Shown here: piece by piece, positions 13,370-25,216 of the stretch
Layout of the letters: each line of letters opens with the position of its first letter
Numbering within the stretch: position 1 is the stretch's first letter
NCBI RefSeq assembly: GCF_018977255.1
Contig: NW_024704742.1
Location: 67,334,001 to 67,398,000 of the forward strand
Direction of reading: 5' to 3'
From: Callorhinchus milii
Lineage: Eukaryota
Length of the DNA stretch: 64,000 nt
Position numbers and translations under genes: made by a program
Notes under the pieces: model-generated
Databases searched by the model: none
What the model was told of the DNA's origin: nothing
The model's input: the letters and a program-made list of their open reading frames with translations, nothing else

Positions 13370-14010
13370 CATGTCAGCCGGGCTCAGTCAATAGCATGCT
13401 TACCTCCGAGTCACAAGGTTGAGAGTTCAAGTCCCATGGTGACTTTGTCTCACATGGTCTCGGCCGATGCTCCAGTGTAGTGCTGGGGGTGGTGTGGCAT
13501 TGTCGGAGGCGCCGTCCTTTGAATGAGACGTTAAACCAAGTCCCATCTGCCTGTTCAAGTGGATGTAAAAGTTAATACTAATAATAATCCTTGCATTTGA
13601 TATAGCGCTTTTCACATCTTCTAGAAGTCTCAAAGCGCTTCACAGAATATACTGTAAAGTGAATTGACTGTATATTTGTGGGCAAAACGCAGCAGCCAAT
13701 TGCGCACAACAGCGTCCCACAATTGAAGTGACCAAATTATTTTTTTTTCTTGAGGGATTATTATTAGGCGTGATATAAGATCTCATGACACTACTCAAAA
13801 AGAGAAAGAAATCTCTCCTGGGGTCCGGCCAACAAATCCCCACATAAAACTGGTCATTCACTGCATGGCTGTTTGTGGAATGTTGCTGTGCATAATTCGG
13901 GTACTGCTCGTCTAAACAATACAATCAGTACTTTACAGTATATCCTGTAAATGTGATGTGAAATGCGCTTTATGAAATAGAAGGATTATTATTAATTATT
14001 ATTATTATTA
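13370..14010 (+). mobile_element. SINE family A interrupted by an antisense family B 3' fragment (about 13575-13770)
   Basis: Head at 13371; the Deu core breaks after ggatgtaaaag and resumes at taagatctcatg. Confidence 0.75.
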
Positions 14011-14029
14011 TTTATCATATAAAGTTTGT

Positions 14030-14640
14030 TACAACAACAACAAGATTCCATTTATAGAGCGCCTTTCACGTCGGGAGGACGTTCCAAAGCGCTGGATAGT
14101 TGGGTCAGGACCCGAGCAGGGGGGAAATGGTCAGGGTGAGGAGAGGGAAGGGAGGGAGCGAGGAGGGGGTAGAGACTTGAGAGGGGAGCTGAAGGCACGG
14201 TCAAAGAGAAAGGTCCTGAGACCGGCCTTGAAGGAGGAAAGGGAGGAAGCGGCGAAGGCACTGGGGGATGGAGTTCCAGAGCCTAAGGGCTGAGAGGCTG
14301 AAGGCCCGGCCACCGATGGTAGGGCGGTTGGGGCGGGGGATGTGGAGCAGATCGGAGCCAGAGGAATGGAGGGTACGGGCAGGTAGATAGGGGGATAGTA
14401 GGTCGGAGAGGTAGGAGGGAGCAAGGCAGTGAATGGCCTTGTAGGTGAGGATGAGGATCTTGAATTCGATCCACCGGGGGATGGGGAGCCAGTGGAGGCG
14501 AGCGAGGGTGGGAGTGATGTGGTCCCGAAGCCTGGTGCGGGACAGTACACGAGCTGCAGAGTTCTGAATGACCTGCAGCTTGTGGAGGGAGGTGCCGGGA
14601 AGGCCGGCGAGGAGAGAGTTCCCATAGTCCAGCCTTGTTA
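14030..14640 (-). mobile_element. Young L2 LINE 3' end
   Basis: RLDYGNSLLAGLP...LQVIQNSAARVL...HITPTLARLHWLPI..IEFKILILTYKA (L2 ORF2 C-terminus), 3' UTR and (GTT)n tail; CpG-rich. Confidence 0.92.
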
Positions 14641-15547
14641 GCACAGAAGGAGGCCAACAGCTATTCTATCTGGTCTTCTGTGCTTCTGTTGCTGTCCCCC
14701 CACCACCTCCATCTCCTCTAATTTCCATTTGCCTTCACATTCCCATGCTCCTTAATGGTATTTAATTTCAACCATGTGTCGAGTTCCCTTTAGAATAGTG
14801 TTGTGAGAGTCACGTGAAACAGCTCTGGGGAGTTAATATCGCACCTAATACCCTGGTCTTTCAACGATTTGTTAAAAGAAAATTACTTTTTCTGTCCCTC
14901 TCAGCGATGACAATGTAAGCTTCCATTTCTTTTTTCAAAACAAACAATCTACTGGGGACAACATTTCTTTCTACTCAGCTCCTGTTAACCCTGCAAGCCA
15001 AAGCCCTAGCAAGTAGGGTGGTCCTAGCTGGCCAAGCAGAAGTCTCAACAACATGATAAGTCACTATATAAAATGCCAGGTTTATTATTATTTATCCACA
15101 CTGATTAATATCCTTACTTACTCCTTACTCTTTAATATACTTACTTCCGAAGTATCAGCCTAATTCACTTTCAAACAACCCAATTGATTTTGTCATTCCA
15201 GCCTTCTGGGGAAGTGCATTCCACGTTATAACAATAAACAATCCTTGCATCTGATAAAGTGCCTTTCACATCAGGAGGATATCGCAAAGCATTTCATAGT
15301 AATTTACTGTAAAGTTGGTGACTGTGTACATATTATGTGAACACAACAGCCAATTTGCACACAGCAATGACCCACAAGAATAATAATAATCCTTGCATTT
15401 GATATAGATCCTTACCACATTGTCAAGACTTTCAAAGTGCTTCACAGGATAAACTGTAAAGTGAATGATTAACTTTATCTGGAGATTGTTGACTAGGACA
15501 CCGGGAGAAACGTTTTCTGATTTCACTGCTAACTATCCTACAAGAAC

Positions 15548-17060
15548 ACAACAACAACAAAACTACATTTGAAAAGAGCCTTTCACATCGGGAGGATGTC
15601 CCAAGGCGCTGGACAGATAGAGATACGGACTCGAGCTGAGGGTTGGGGTAGGGGAGGGTGAAGGGCAGGGAGGGAAGCAGGGAGATCGAAAACACGGTCG
15701 AAGAGGAGGGTCTTGAGGTGAGTCTTGAAGGTGGTGAGGGAGGGAGCAAGACGGAGGGACTGCGAGTTGGAGTTCCAGAGGGTGGGTGCAGAGTGGGACG
15801 AGCAAGGCAGGGGACGTGAAGCAGGCTGGAGCCCGCTGAGCAGAGGGAGCAAACAGGGTGGTAGGGGGTTAGGAGGTCAGAGAGGTAGGGGGGAGCAAGA
15901 CCGTGGAGGGTTTTGAAGGTGAGGACCAGGATCTTGAACTGTATCCTCTGTGTGATGGAAAGCCAGTGGAGTTGGGCGAGGATGGGGGTAATAGGGTAGC
16001 GGAGTCTGGTGCAGGAGAGGATACAGGCTGCAGAGCTCTGGATGATCTGCAGCCTGTGGGGGAAGGAGTTGGGGAGGCCGACAAGCAATGAGTTTGCATA
16101 GTCGAGCCTCAAAGTAATGAAACTCTGGTCCACGCCTTTATCACCTCAAGGCTGGACTATGGGAACTCTCTCCTCGTCGGCCTTCCTGGCACCTCCCTCC
16201 ACAAGCTGCAGGTCATTCAGAACTCTGTAGCTCATGTACTGTCCCGCACCAGGCTTCGCGACCACATTACTCCCACCCTCGCTCGCCTCCACTGGCTCCC
16301 CATCCCCCGGTGGATCGATTTCAAGATCCTCATCCTCACCTACAAGGCCATTCACGGCCTTGCTCCCTCCTACCTCTCTGACCTACTATCCCCCTACCTA
16401 CCTGCCCGTACCCTCCGTTCCTCTGGCTCCGGTCTGCTCCACATCCCCCGCCCCAACCGCCCTACCATCGGTGGCCGGGCCTTCAGCCCCTCAGCCCCTA
16501 GGCTTTGGAAGTCTATTCCCCAGTGTCTTCGCCTTGCCTCCTCCCTTTCCTCCTTCAAGGCCGGTCTCAAGATCTTTCTCTTTGACCGAGCCTTCGGCTC
16601 CCCTCTCGACTCTCTACCCTCTTCTCGCTCCCTCCCTTCCCTCCCCTCACCCTGATAATTTCCCCCCTGCTCGGGTCATGACCCAACTGTACAGCGCCTT
16701 GGGACGTCCTCCTGACGTGAAAGGCGCTTTATAAATGGAATCTTGTTGTTGTTGTTGTTGTTGTTGTATGAGGGTTTCGGCGACCTGCGGTGTGAGACAG
16801 TGTCGGAGCCGGGCGACGTTGCGGAGATGGGGGAAGGCAGAGCAGGTCATGGCGTAGATGTGGGGTAGAAGGGATAGTTGAGGGTCAAACAAGACCCCAA
16901 GATTCCAGACTGGCTTAGCAAGGTGGAGTGTGCAACCATGGATGGTGATGCTGTCAGGAGAGCCTCGGTCTTGTTGATGTTGATGTTCAACTGAAGAAAG
17001 TTAGCTCTCATCTGACAGACATTCTATCAGCACAGCAGTGGTCCTGGAGTCAAGGGTGGA
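15548..17060 (-). mobile_element. Older L2 fragment (15548-16120 plus 16766-17060) split by a younger antisense L2
   Basis: Minus-strand reading ...VAETLI stops at 16766 and resumes at FITLRLDYANSLL near 16120. Confidence 0.85.
16118..16765 (+). mobile_element. Young L2 LINE 3' end, same subfamily as 14030-14640
   Basis: ETLVHAFITSRLDYGNSLL... through gggacgtcctcctgacgtgaaaggcgc and (GTT)n. Confidence 0.92.
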
Positions 17061-17329
17061 CTAGTTCTAGTTCTAATGTTAAAATTAAGTAATAATAATA
17101 ATTATCCTTGCATTTGATATAGTATCATTGAGATGCCTCAAATCACTTCACAGAATATAATGGAAAGTGGAGCATCTGTATATTCTGTGGGCAAAACCCA
17201 GCTGCTAATTACGCACAGTTAAATAAAATAATTAAAATAAGTCTCCTTGTTTTGGATCCCTCACCCAGAGGGAAGAGTCGCCCACTATTTAGCTCACATA
17301 AAGCTATTTCCTTTTAATAATGATATAGT

Positions 17330-17706
17330 GGCATCCTGTAGCTCAGTGGCTAGAGTGCTCACCTCGCAAGCAAGAGACCTGGGTTTGATTCCCGGGCAGG
17401 GCGAAATGTTGAGCAAATTTCTTTACTCCACACGCCTCTGTTTACCTAGCAGTAAATAGGAACCTGGTTGTTAGACGATTGGCAGATCACTTTTCCAGTG
17501 ATAATAATCCTTCCAAAAAAAATAATAATTTGGTCACTCAATCGACATCTGTTTGTGGGACACTGCTGTGCGCAATTGACTGCCATGTTTCGCCCACGAA
17601 TATACAGTCAATTCACTTTACAGTATATGCTGTAAAGCACTTTGAGACATCTCGAAGATGTGAAACAGGCTATATCAAAATGCAAGGATTATTATTATTA
17701 TTATTA
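17330..17706 (+). mobile_element. SINE family B, full length
   Basis: A box tagctcagtgg, B box ggtttgattcc, CORE-like segment, Deu 3' segment, (ATT)n tail. Confidence 0.88.
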
Positions 17707-17709
17707 CAG

Positions 17710-18070
17710 CGCCTTAACATGTCAGCAAGATGTCATGAAACACCTCATAGGGTGGTGGTGACTGCAGGAGAACACAGCAGCCAATTTCACACAGCAATGT
17801 CTCACAAACAGCCATGAAGTGAATGTCCTATTTTTTTAATCTGGAAACTGTTGGCTAGTACATCGGAAGAAACTCCATTCTCTTTTCGAATCATGCCACG
17901 GGATCTTTAACGGCCACCTGAACAGCAAACAGGACCTCGGTTTAATGTCTCATCCGAAGGACAGCACCTCCAACCTAGATAATATGAATTCAAAGTCCCA
18001 ACACAGGGCTTGGAACCTGCAACCTTCTGACTCAGAGACGACAGTGCTACCAACTGAGCCAGGCTGATAC
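17710..18070 (-). mobile_element. SINE family A
   Basis: Tail-to-tail with the preceding SINE; reverse-strand head ctaccaactgagccaggctga. Confidence 0.8.
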
Positions 18071-19059
18071 ATACACTTGCATATTTCATACTCATACTCA
18101 TACTCATGGCTGACTGAATCACTTGGTTTCTTTTCATTTTAGTGAACTCTTTGCTACTGTGGCGAAAACCATAAGATATACATATGGAAGTGAAATACAG
18201 AACGGTTCAATCCTTAATTCACCTGCTCTTTAATCAGAAAGCACCAAGCCCCCTTGCTGTAGCACCATTATTCTGTAACCTGATTTATGTCATTGGGCAA
18301 TTGTGAGTTAATGAAGGGGATAAAAGGCTGGCTGGAATGCAGACATAATCAAGAAATACCACGGCCAGCACCTGGCCCACTGCCAAGAGAAAACCATAAT
18401 CCCCGTAAATTGAAGCGCATTGTCGAGAGTGAGGTGAAATGGGAGCCCAGAAGAAACAAATGACCTCATGCATTCTCCTTAAAAGGTGGTGAAATATTAA
18501 TCACTCAAAGGTGCGATTTTCCGAAGAAAATCTTTTTTATTCCTGCTCCGTGGGCTATGGGAATGTTACCGGAGTTTCTACATGAAGGAAGTTGACAGCA
18601 AGTCCATTTCCTTTTTGTGTTTGTGTGTGTGTGTGTGTATATAAAAAAAGGGCCAGAGCATACAGTTGAGCTTTGCCCTGAACTAAATGGCCCAACTATA
18701 TTCCCTTGCTCAATAGGTTACCCTATCAAGGAGGCAACTCAGAGACTTGAGAACACTCCTGAACTGTGAACTTTGTCAGTCTGTCTCAGCTGATGGCACT
18801 CTTTGTTCTGAGTCATGGAGGTTGTGGGTTCAAGCCCCTTGTCGGGTGGGAGGTGCCATCCTTCGGATTGAGAGATTAAACCGAAACTCTGTCCATCTGT
18901 TTAGGTGGATATTAACAATCCCATAGCGCTGTTTAAAAAGCGAAGGGAGTTTCTCCCTGTGTTCTCCCATGGCCAACAAATCCCTAACTAAAATTGGGCA
19001 CTCTCATCCGTCACCCCCTACCCATCTCTCCCTCACACTCCAGGCCCTATCTATTCCTC

Positions 19060-22010
19060 TGTCTAGACTTTCGAACCTGTCTCTCCATCCTCTCTCACCA
19101 CCACTATAACCTGCATGAAGCCCACCATCTACTCCCTAGACCCCATCCCTACACCTCTCCTTACTTCCCAACTCCACCTCCTCACCCCTTTACTCTCAGA
19201 CCTCGTCAACCTCTCCCTGTCAACTGGCACTGTTCCCACCCCTCTAAAAACAGCTGTCATCACCCCTATCCTAGAAAAAAATCTTAACTGGACCCACCCT
19301 GCTCACTAACTACCACCCCATCTCCAACCTCCATTTCCTTTCTAAAGTCCTGGAAAGAGCTGTTGCTTCCCAGTTTCACTCCTTCCTCTCCTGCCACTCC
19401 CTTTATGAACTCCTTCATTCGGGTTTCTGTGCCGCCCACAGCACGGAAATAGCCCTGGTCAAGGTGACAGATGACATTCTGTCCATCTATGATCAGGGCT
19501 CCCGCTGTCTCCTCATCCTCCTCGACCTTTCCAGCAAAGCTGCCTTTGACACTGTGGACCACTCTATCCTCCTCCACTGCCTCTCCTCTCACCTTAATCT
19601 TCAAGATTCTGTCCTTAAACGGTTCTTGGAGGCAAAGGACAACCCCAGGCTTCTCTTTTCCACAACAAACCATCTCCTCCGTCCACCTTCCCATGCCTCG
19701 CCCATCCTCTCCTCAAACTCCAACTGTGAGGAGATGCTGGACTTCCTCAAATCCAAAATTGAGGGGATATGTTCAGCTACCTCTGCCCCGTCCACAGCCA
19801 CCCCCACATCACCTCTCTGTCATGAACTACCCCCCACCCATCCCCCACTATACTCCTTCGACCCCATCTCTCCCTCTTCCCTCACCACGACTGTCTGCAA
19901 ACTCAAACCCACCACCTGCTCCCTCGATCCCATCCCCACCTCTCTCCTCATCTCCCAGCTCCACTTTCTATCCCTTCTCCTGTCCGATGTCATCAACCTC
20001 TCCTTGTCCACCGGTTCAGTTGCCACCCCTTTAAAAACAGCCGTCATCACCCCCATCGTGAAAAAACCTTCCCTAGACCCATTCCTTCTCTCCAGCTATA
20101 GACCCATTTCTAACTTCCCATTCCTCCCCAAGGTCCTGAAATGATTTGTCACGTCCCAGCCCCACTCCTTTCTTTCTTGCCATTCCCTCTTTGAACCCCT
20201 CCAATCCGGCTTCCATGTTGCCCATAGCACGGAAACAGCCCTGGTCAAAAACACTAATGACATTCTGAACATCTGTGATCAGAGCTCCCTCTGCCTCCTT
20301 GTCCTCCTCGACCCCTCTGCCGCCTTCAACACTGTTGACCACTCCATCCTCATACACCGACTCTCCTCTTTACTTAATCCCCCAGAGGATCGAATTCAAG
20401 ATCCTCATCTTCACCTTCAAGGCCATTCACGGCCTTGCTCACTCCTACCTCTCCGACCTACTATCCCCCTACTTACCTACCCGTACCCTCCGTTCCTCTG
20501 GCTCCGGTCTGCTCCACATCCCCCGCCCCAACCGCCCTACCATCTGTGGCTGGGCCTTCAGCCTCTTAGCCCCTAGGCTCTCGAATTCGATCCCCCAGTG
20601 CCTTCGCCTTGCTTCCTCCCTTTCCTCCTTCAAGGCCGGTCTCAAGACCTTTCTCTTTGACCGTGCCTTCAGCTCCCCTCTTGATTCTCTACCCCCTCCT
20701 CGCTCCCTCCCTTCCCTCCCCTCACCCTGACCATTTCCCCCCTGCTCAGGTCCTGACCCAACTGTCCAGCGCCTTGGGACGTCCTCCCGACGTGAAAGGC
20801 GCTCTATAAATGGAATCTTGTTGTTGTTGTTGTTAATCTTCGCGGGCCTGCCCTTGCCTGGTTTGATTCCTATCTCTCTCACTGTCTCCACTTTGTTGCC
20901 TCCAACGGTTTCTCCTCCAGCCCCCGCACTGTCACGTCTGGCATCCCCTAGTGCTCTGTCCTTGGCCATCTCCTCTTTAATATCTACATGCTCCCCCTTG
21001 GTGACATCATCCGCAGACAAGGAGCCAACTTCCATATGTACACGGATGACACCCAACTCTATCTTTCTGCCTCCACCCTCAACTCCAGGACCACTCCTGC
21101 CCTGACAGACTGCCTGTTGGACATCAAGTCCTGGATGAGGGCAAATTTCCTACAGTTGAATGTGAACAAGACTGAGGCCCTCCCGATTGGCTCACTCCAG
21201 CGCCTCAGCACCTCAGGCTCTGAAGGCATCAACCTCCATGGTTGCACACTTCAACTCACCAAGCCAGTCAGGAACCCAGGTGTCTTGTTCGACCCTCAAC
21301 TATCTTTTCTTCCCCACATCCAAGCCATGACCCGCTCTGCCTTCCCTCACCTCCATAACATCACCTGACTCTGCCACTACCCTCAGGCCGCTGAAACTCT
21401 TGTTCATGCCTTCATCACCTCCAGGCTGGACTATGCAAATGCCCTGCTTGTCAGCCTTACCAACTCCTCCCTCCACAGGCTGCAGATAATCCAGATCTCT
21501 GCAGCCCGTGTCCTCTCCCGCACCAAACTCATTGATCCCATCTCCCCCATTGTCGACTGACTCCATTGGCTTTCTATCCATCAGAGGATCCAGTTCAAGA
21601 TCCTGGTCCTCACTTACAAAGCCCTCCATGGCCTCGCCCCACCCTACCTCTGTGACCTCCTAACCCCCTACCAACCCGCCCGTTCCCTCCGCTCAGCTGG
21701 CTCTGGCCTGCTCCATGTCCCCCAACCCACCGCACCACCATTGGTGGGAGAGCCTTCAGCCACTCTGCTCCCAACCTCTGGAATTCCATTCCCCAATCAC
21801 TCCGTCTCGCCCCCTCCTTAGCTTCCTTCAAGTCCCGCCTCAAGTTCCTCCTCTTTGACCGTGTCATCAGCCACCCTCCCTTCCTCTCCTTTCCTTTCCC
21901 ACCCCAACCCCAGATCGGGTCTGAAATGCTGTACACTGTCCAGCACCTTGGGGCGTCCTCCCGACGTGAAAGGTGCTATACAAATGTAATGTTGTTGTTG
22001 TTGTTGTTCA
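19060..22010 (+). mobile_element. Composite degraded L2 reverse transcriptase region: two overlapping fragments plus a nested young copy
   Basis: KTAVITPI.KKPSLDP...YRPISN.PFL.KVL, LLDLS.AFDTVDH.ILL, HMYTDDTQLY (YADD motif), FLQLNVNKTE; multiple stops and frameshifts; L2 tail at about 21935-22008. Confidence 0.9.
20380..20832 (+). mobile_element. Young L2 3' end nested in older L2
   Basis: Near-identical to 16310-16765; flanked by ttaatc at 20374-20379 and 20833-20838; host frame resumes NLRGPALAWFDSYLS. Confidence 0.88.
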
Positions 22011-22394
22011 GATATCAAATGCAAGGATTGTTATTATTATTATATTACCTCTCACATCGGCTCCACTTTGTTTCCACAACTGACTTCTCCTTCAGCCCCC
22101 GCACGTCTCGTGCGGTGTTCCTCAGGGCCATGTCCTCGGTCCTCTCCTCTTCAATCTGGACAAGGAGTCTGTAGTTCAGTGATGAGTGCACTCGCCTTGC
22201 AAACAAGAGACCTGGGTTTGATTACCGGCAGAGTAAAATCTTGGGCAAGTTTCCTTACTTCACACGCCTGATAATAATCCCTCAAGAAAAAAAAACAATA
22301 ATAATTTGGTCATTTTCAATCCACGACTGTTTATGGTGCACTGCTCTTTGTCGTGGATTGAATGTTTCTTGGGACGTCCTCCCGACATGAAAGG

Positions 22395-23215
22395 CACTTC
22401 AGGCACTGGCAGCATCAGAATCCAAGGATGCACACTCCACCTCACCAAGCCAGTCAGGAACCTGGGCGTCTTGTTCGACCTTCAGCTGTCTTTTCTCCCC
22501 CACATCCATACCATGACCCACTCTGCCTTCCCCACCTCCACAAGATTGCTCGACTGCTCACCCCTCAGGCCATTGAAACTCTCATACATGCCTTCATTAC
22601 AACGAAGCTCGATTATGCCAACACCCTGCTTGTCGGCCTTTCCTATTCTTCTTTCCACAAGCTGCAGGTCATCCAGAACTCTGCAGCTTGTGTCCTCTCC
22701 TGCACTAGGCTCCATAACCTCATCACATTCACCCTCGCCCAGCTCCACTGGCTCCCCATCCCTCAGAGGATCGAGTTCAACATTTTTGTCCTCACCTTCA
22801 AGGCCCTCCATGGCCCTCCATGGCCTTGCCCCCACCTACCTCTCCAACCTGCTAACCCTTTATCAACTTGTCTGCTCCCTCCACTCGGCAGGCTCTAGCC
22901 TGCTCCATGTCCCCTGCACGGCCCACCCCACCATCAGCTGTTGGGCCTTTGGCCTCTCTGTCACCACACTCTGGAACTTTATCCCAAATTCCCTTTGCCT
23001 CACTCCCTCCCTTGCCTCCTTCAATGCATGCCTCAAGATCCTCCTGTTCGACCATGCCTTCGGCCGCCCTGCTACCCTCTCTGTCCTCCACCCTCCCTGA
23101 TCCCCTCCTGCACCCCCCCCACCTCCCCCCCCCACAGCTCGGGTCCTAATTCCTGACTGTTCAGCGCTTGGGACTCCTCCCGACGTGAAAGGTACTTTAC
23201 AAATGTTATTTTGTG
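22395..23215 (+). mobile_element. L2 3' fragment
   Basis: VRNLGVLFD.QLSF.PHI and ETLIHAFITTKLDYANTLL motifs; L2 tail. Confidence 0.88.
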
Positions 23216-24889
23216 TATTGTATTCTATTTGTTTCATGGCTATTTGTGGGAAATTGTTGCGTTCAAATTGGCTAATGCACTCGCCTCCTAAATAAATGGG
23301 CACTACACTCTACAGTATATTCACAGTATACCGACTGTGAATTGCTTTGAGATATCCTCCTGACATGAAATGCAGGATTTCAAATGTAAGGATTATCATT
23401 AAATTCAAGGTCTATTTGCCTGCTCTGATGACTCGAGTAGACATTTAAAGATTCCCCTGAGATTATTCTCTTCGACTGTGCATTTCGTCACCCTCCTAGC
23501 CCCATCCTCACTGCCCTCCACCCTTCCTGATCCCAACTACCAGCTCGGGTACAAATCCTTGACTGTCCAGCTATAGATGCTATACAAATGTAATTTGTTG
23601 TTGTTATTATTCTGTTTTGGAGAAGGGTGAGGGATTTCCCAGTGTCCTGGCTAATATTCCTCCCTCTTCCAAATTCTGCAAAAAAAAATCCTAAGAATAA
23701 ATTGCAGAGCATGGAAAAATGGCAGGTAAAAGGCAGCTCCTTAAAAAGAGCCAGCGCAGACACAATGGTCTTCTGTGCTGCAAATGTTTATGGTTCTTTC
23801 TAAGATTAACTGGTCATTCATCTCCTTGTTGTCTAAGTGCTCTGAGGGGCTACCCTGTGTGAAGGGCATTAAAAATGTTATCGTTGCTTACGGGCCATTG
23901 CGGTACATATTAGCTCCCATGTTTAGCTACGTAACAGCAGTCACCACACTTCAAGTAGCTCAGTCTGTAAAACATTCTGAAATGTTTGTGACATAATAAA
24001 CATTATATCAAGAATACAGGATGCAAACCCAGAACAATGCATTCAGATATATAAAGGAAGTAAATAATAAATAATAATAGTAAGCTTTAATTTGGTGTAG
24101 CATCTTTCACATCAAGAAGGCATATTAAAGTGCTTCACTGGACTTACTGTAAAGCAGAGTGACGATACAATACAAAATTACATTTGTATAACGCCTTTCA
24201 CGTTGGACCCGATCAGGGAGGGTGGAGAGCAGGAAGGTGGCCGAAGGCGCGGTCGAAGAAGAAGTCTTGAGACGTGGTTTGAAAGAGGCAAGGGAGGGAG
24301 GAAGCGAAGCAAAGGAAATGTGGGATGGAGTTCCAAAAGGTGGGAGTAGATAGGCTGAAGGCTCAACCGCTGATGGTGGGCCGGGCAGGGACACGGAGCA
24401 GGCCAGACTATGTATTGTAGACTCATTTGGACTATGACTTGCAGTGTCAGAGGGAGGTGAATGGGAAGTCTTGCCCCCAGTGAATGGTCTGCCCTTCCAA
24501 GTCCTGCCGATGAGCCAGACTGCCTGTGCTGTCATCAACAGTCCCTGTAGTACTTTGGAGCGGGATTCTAGGAAAGTGTTCCATTGAGCAGTTGTAGAAT
24601 ATCTGAAGACTTGTTCATTGATAGTGGGGTGGATTGGGCAGGGGAACATGAAGCAGGCTGCTGTTTGCTAAGCAGATAGAGTGTCTGGAACGGTAGGGTC
24701 ATAGGAGATTGGAACCATGGGGAGAGTCTGTCCCCATGTACAATGACTATCCAGCACCTTGGAATGTTGGAATGTCCTCCTGATGTGAAAGGCGCTATGC
24801 AAATGTAATTTTGTTGTTGTTGGGCGTTCCCGAAAAATGAGATTAAATGCATGAAGGATATTCCTCATCCAAACCTTTCCTGCGTTAAT

Positions 24890-25216
24890 AATATAATCCT
24901 TGCATTTGATATTGCGCCTTATCACATCGTTGAGATGTATCAAAGCACTTCACGGAATATATTGCAAAGTGAATTGACTGTATATTTTGTGGGCGAAACG
25001 CGGCAGCCAATTGCGCATAGCAGTGTCCCACAAACAGTCAAGGATTAAGTGATTATTTTTGGAAGGGATCAAATTAATTTGCCAATTGACAAACAACCAG
25101 ATTCCTATTTAATGCTAGGTAAACAGAGGCATATTAAGTAAGGAAACTTGGCTAAGGAATCAAACTCGGGTCCTCTCGCTTGCGAGGCGAGTGCTCTACC
25201 CAATGCACTACAGGAC
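24890..25216 (-). mobile_element. SINE family B
   Basis: Tail at 24890 to head ctacaggact at about 25216. Confidence 0.82.

Noticed and set aside
19464..23100. An intact reverse transcriptase gene or autonomous LINE
   Set aside because: Fragmented, duplicated and frameshifted, with a mutated YADD motif and no ORF1 or intact endonuclease.
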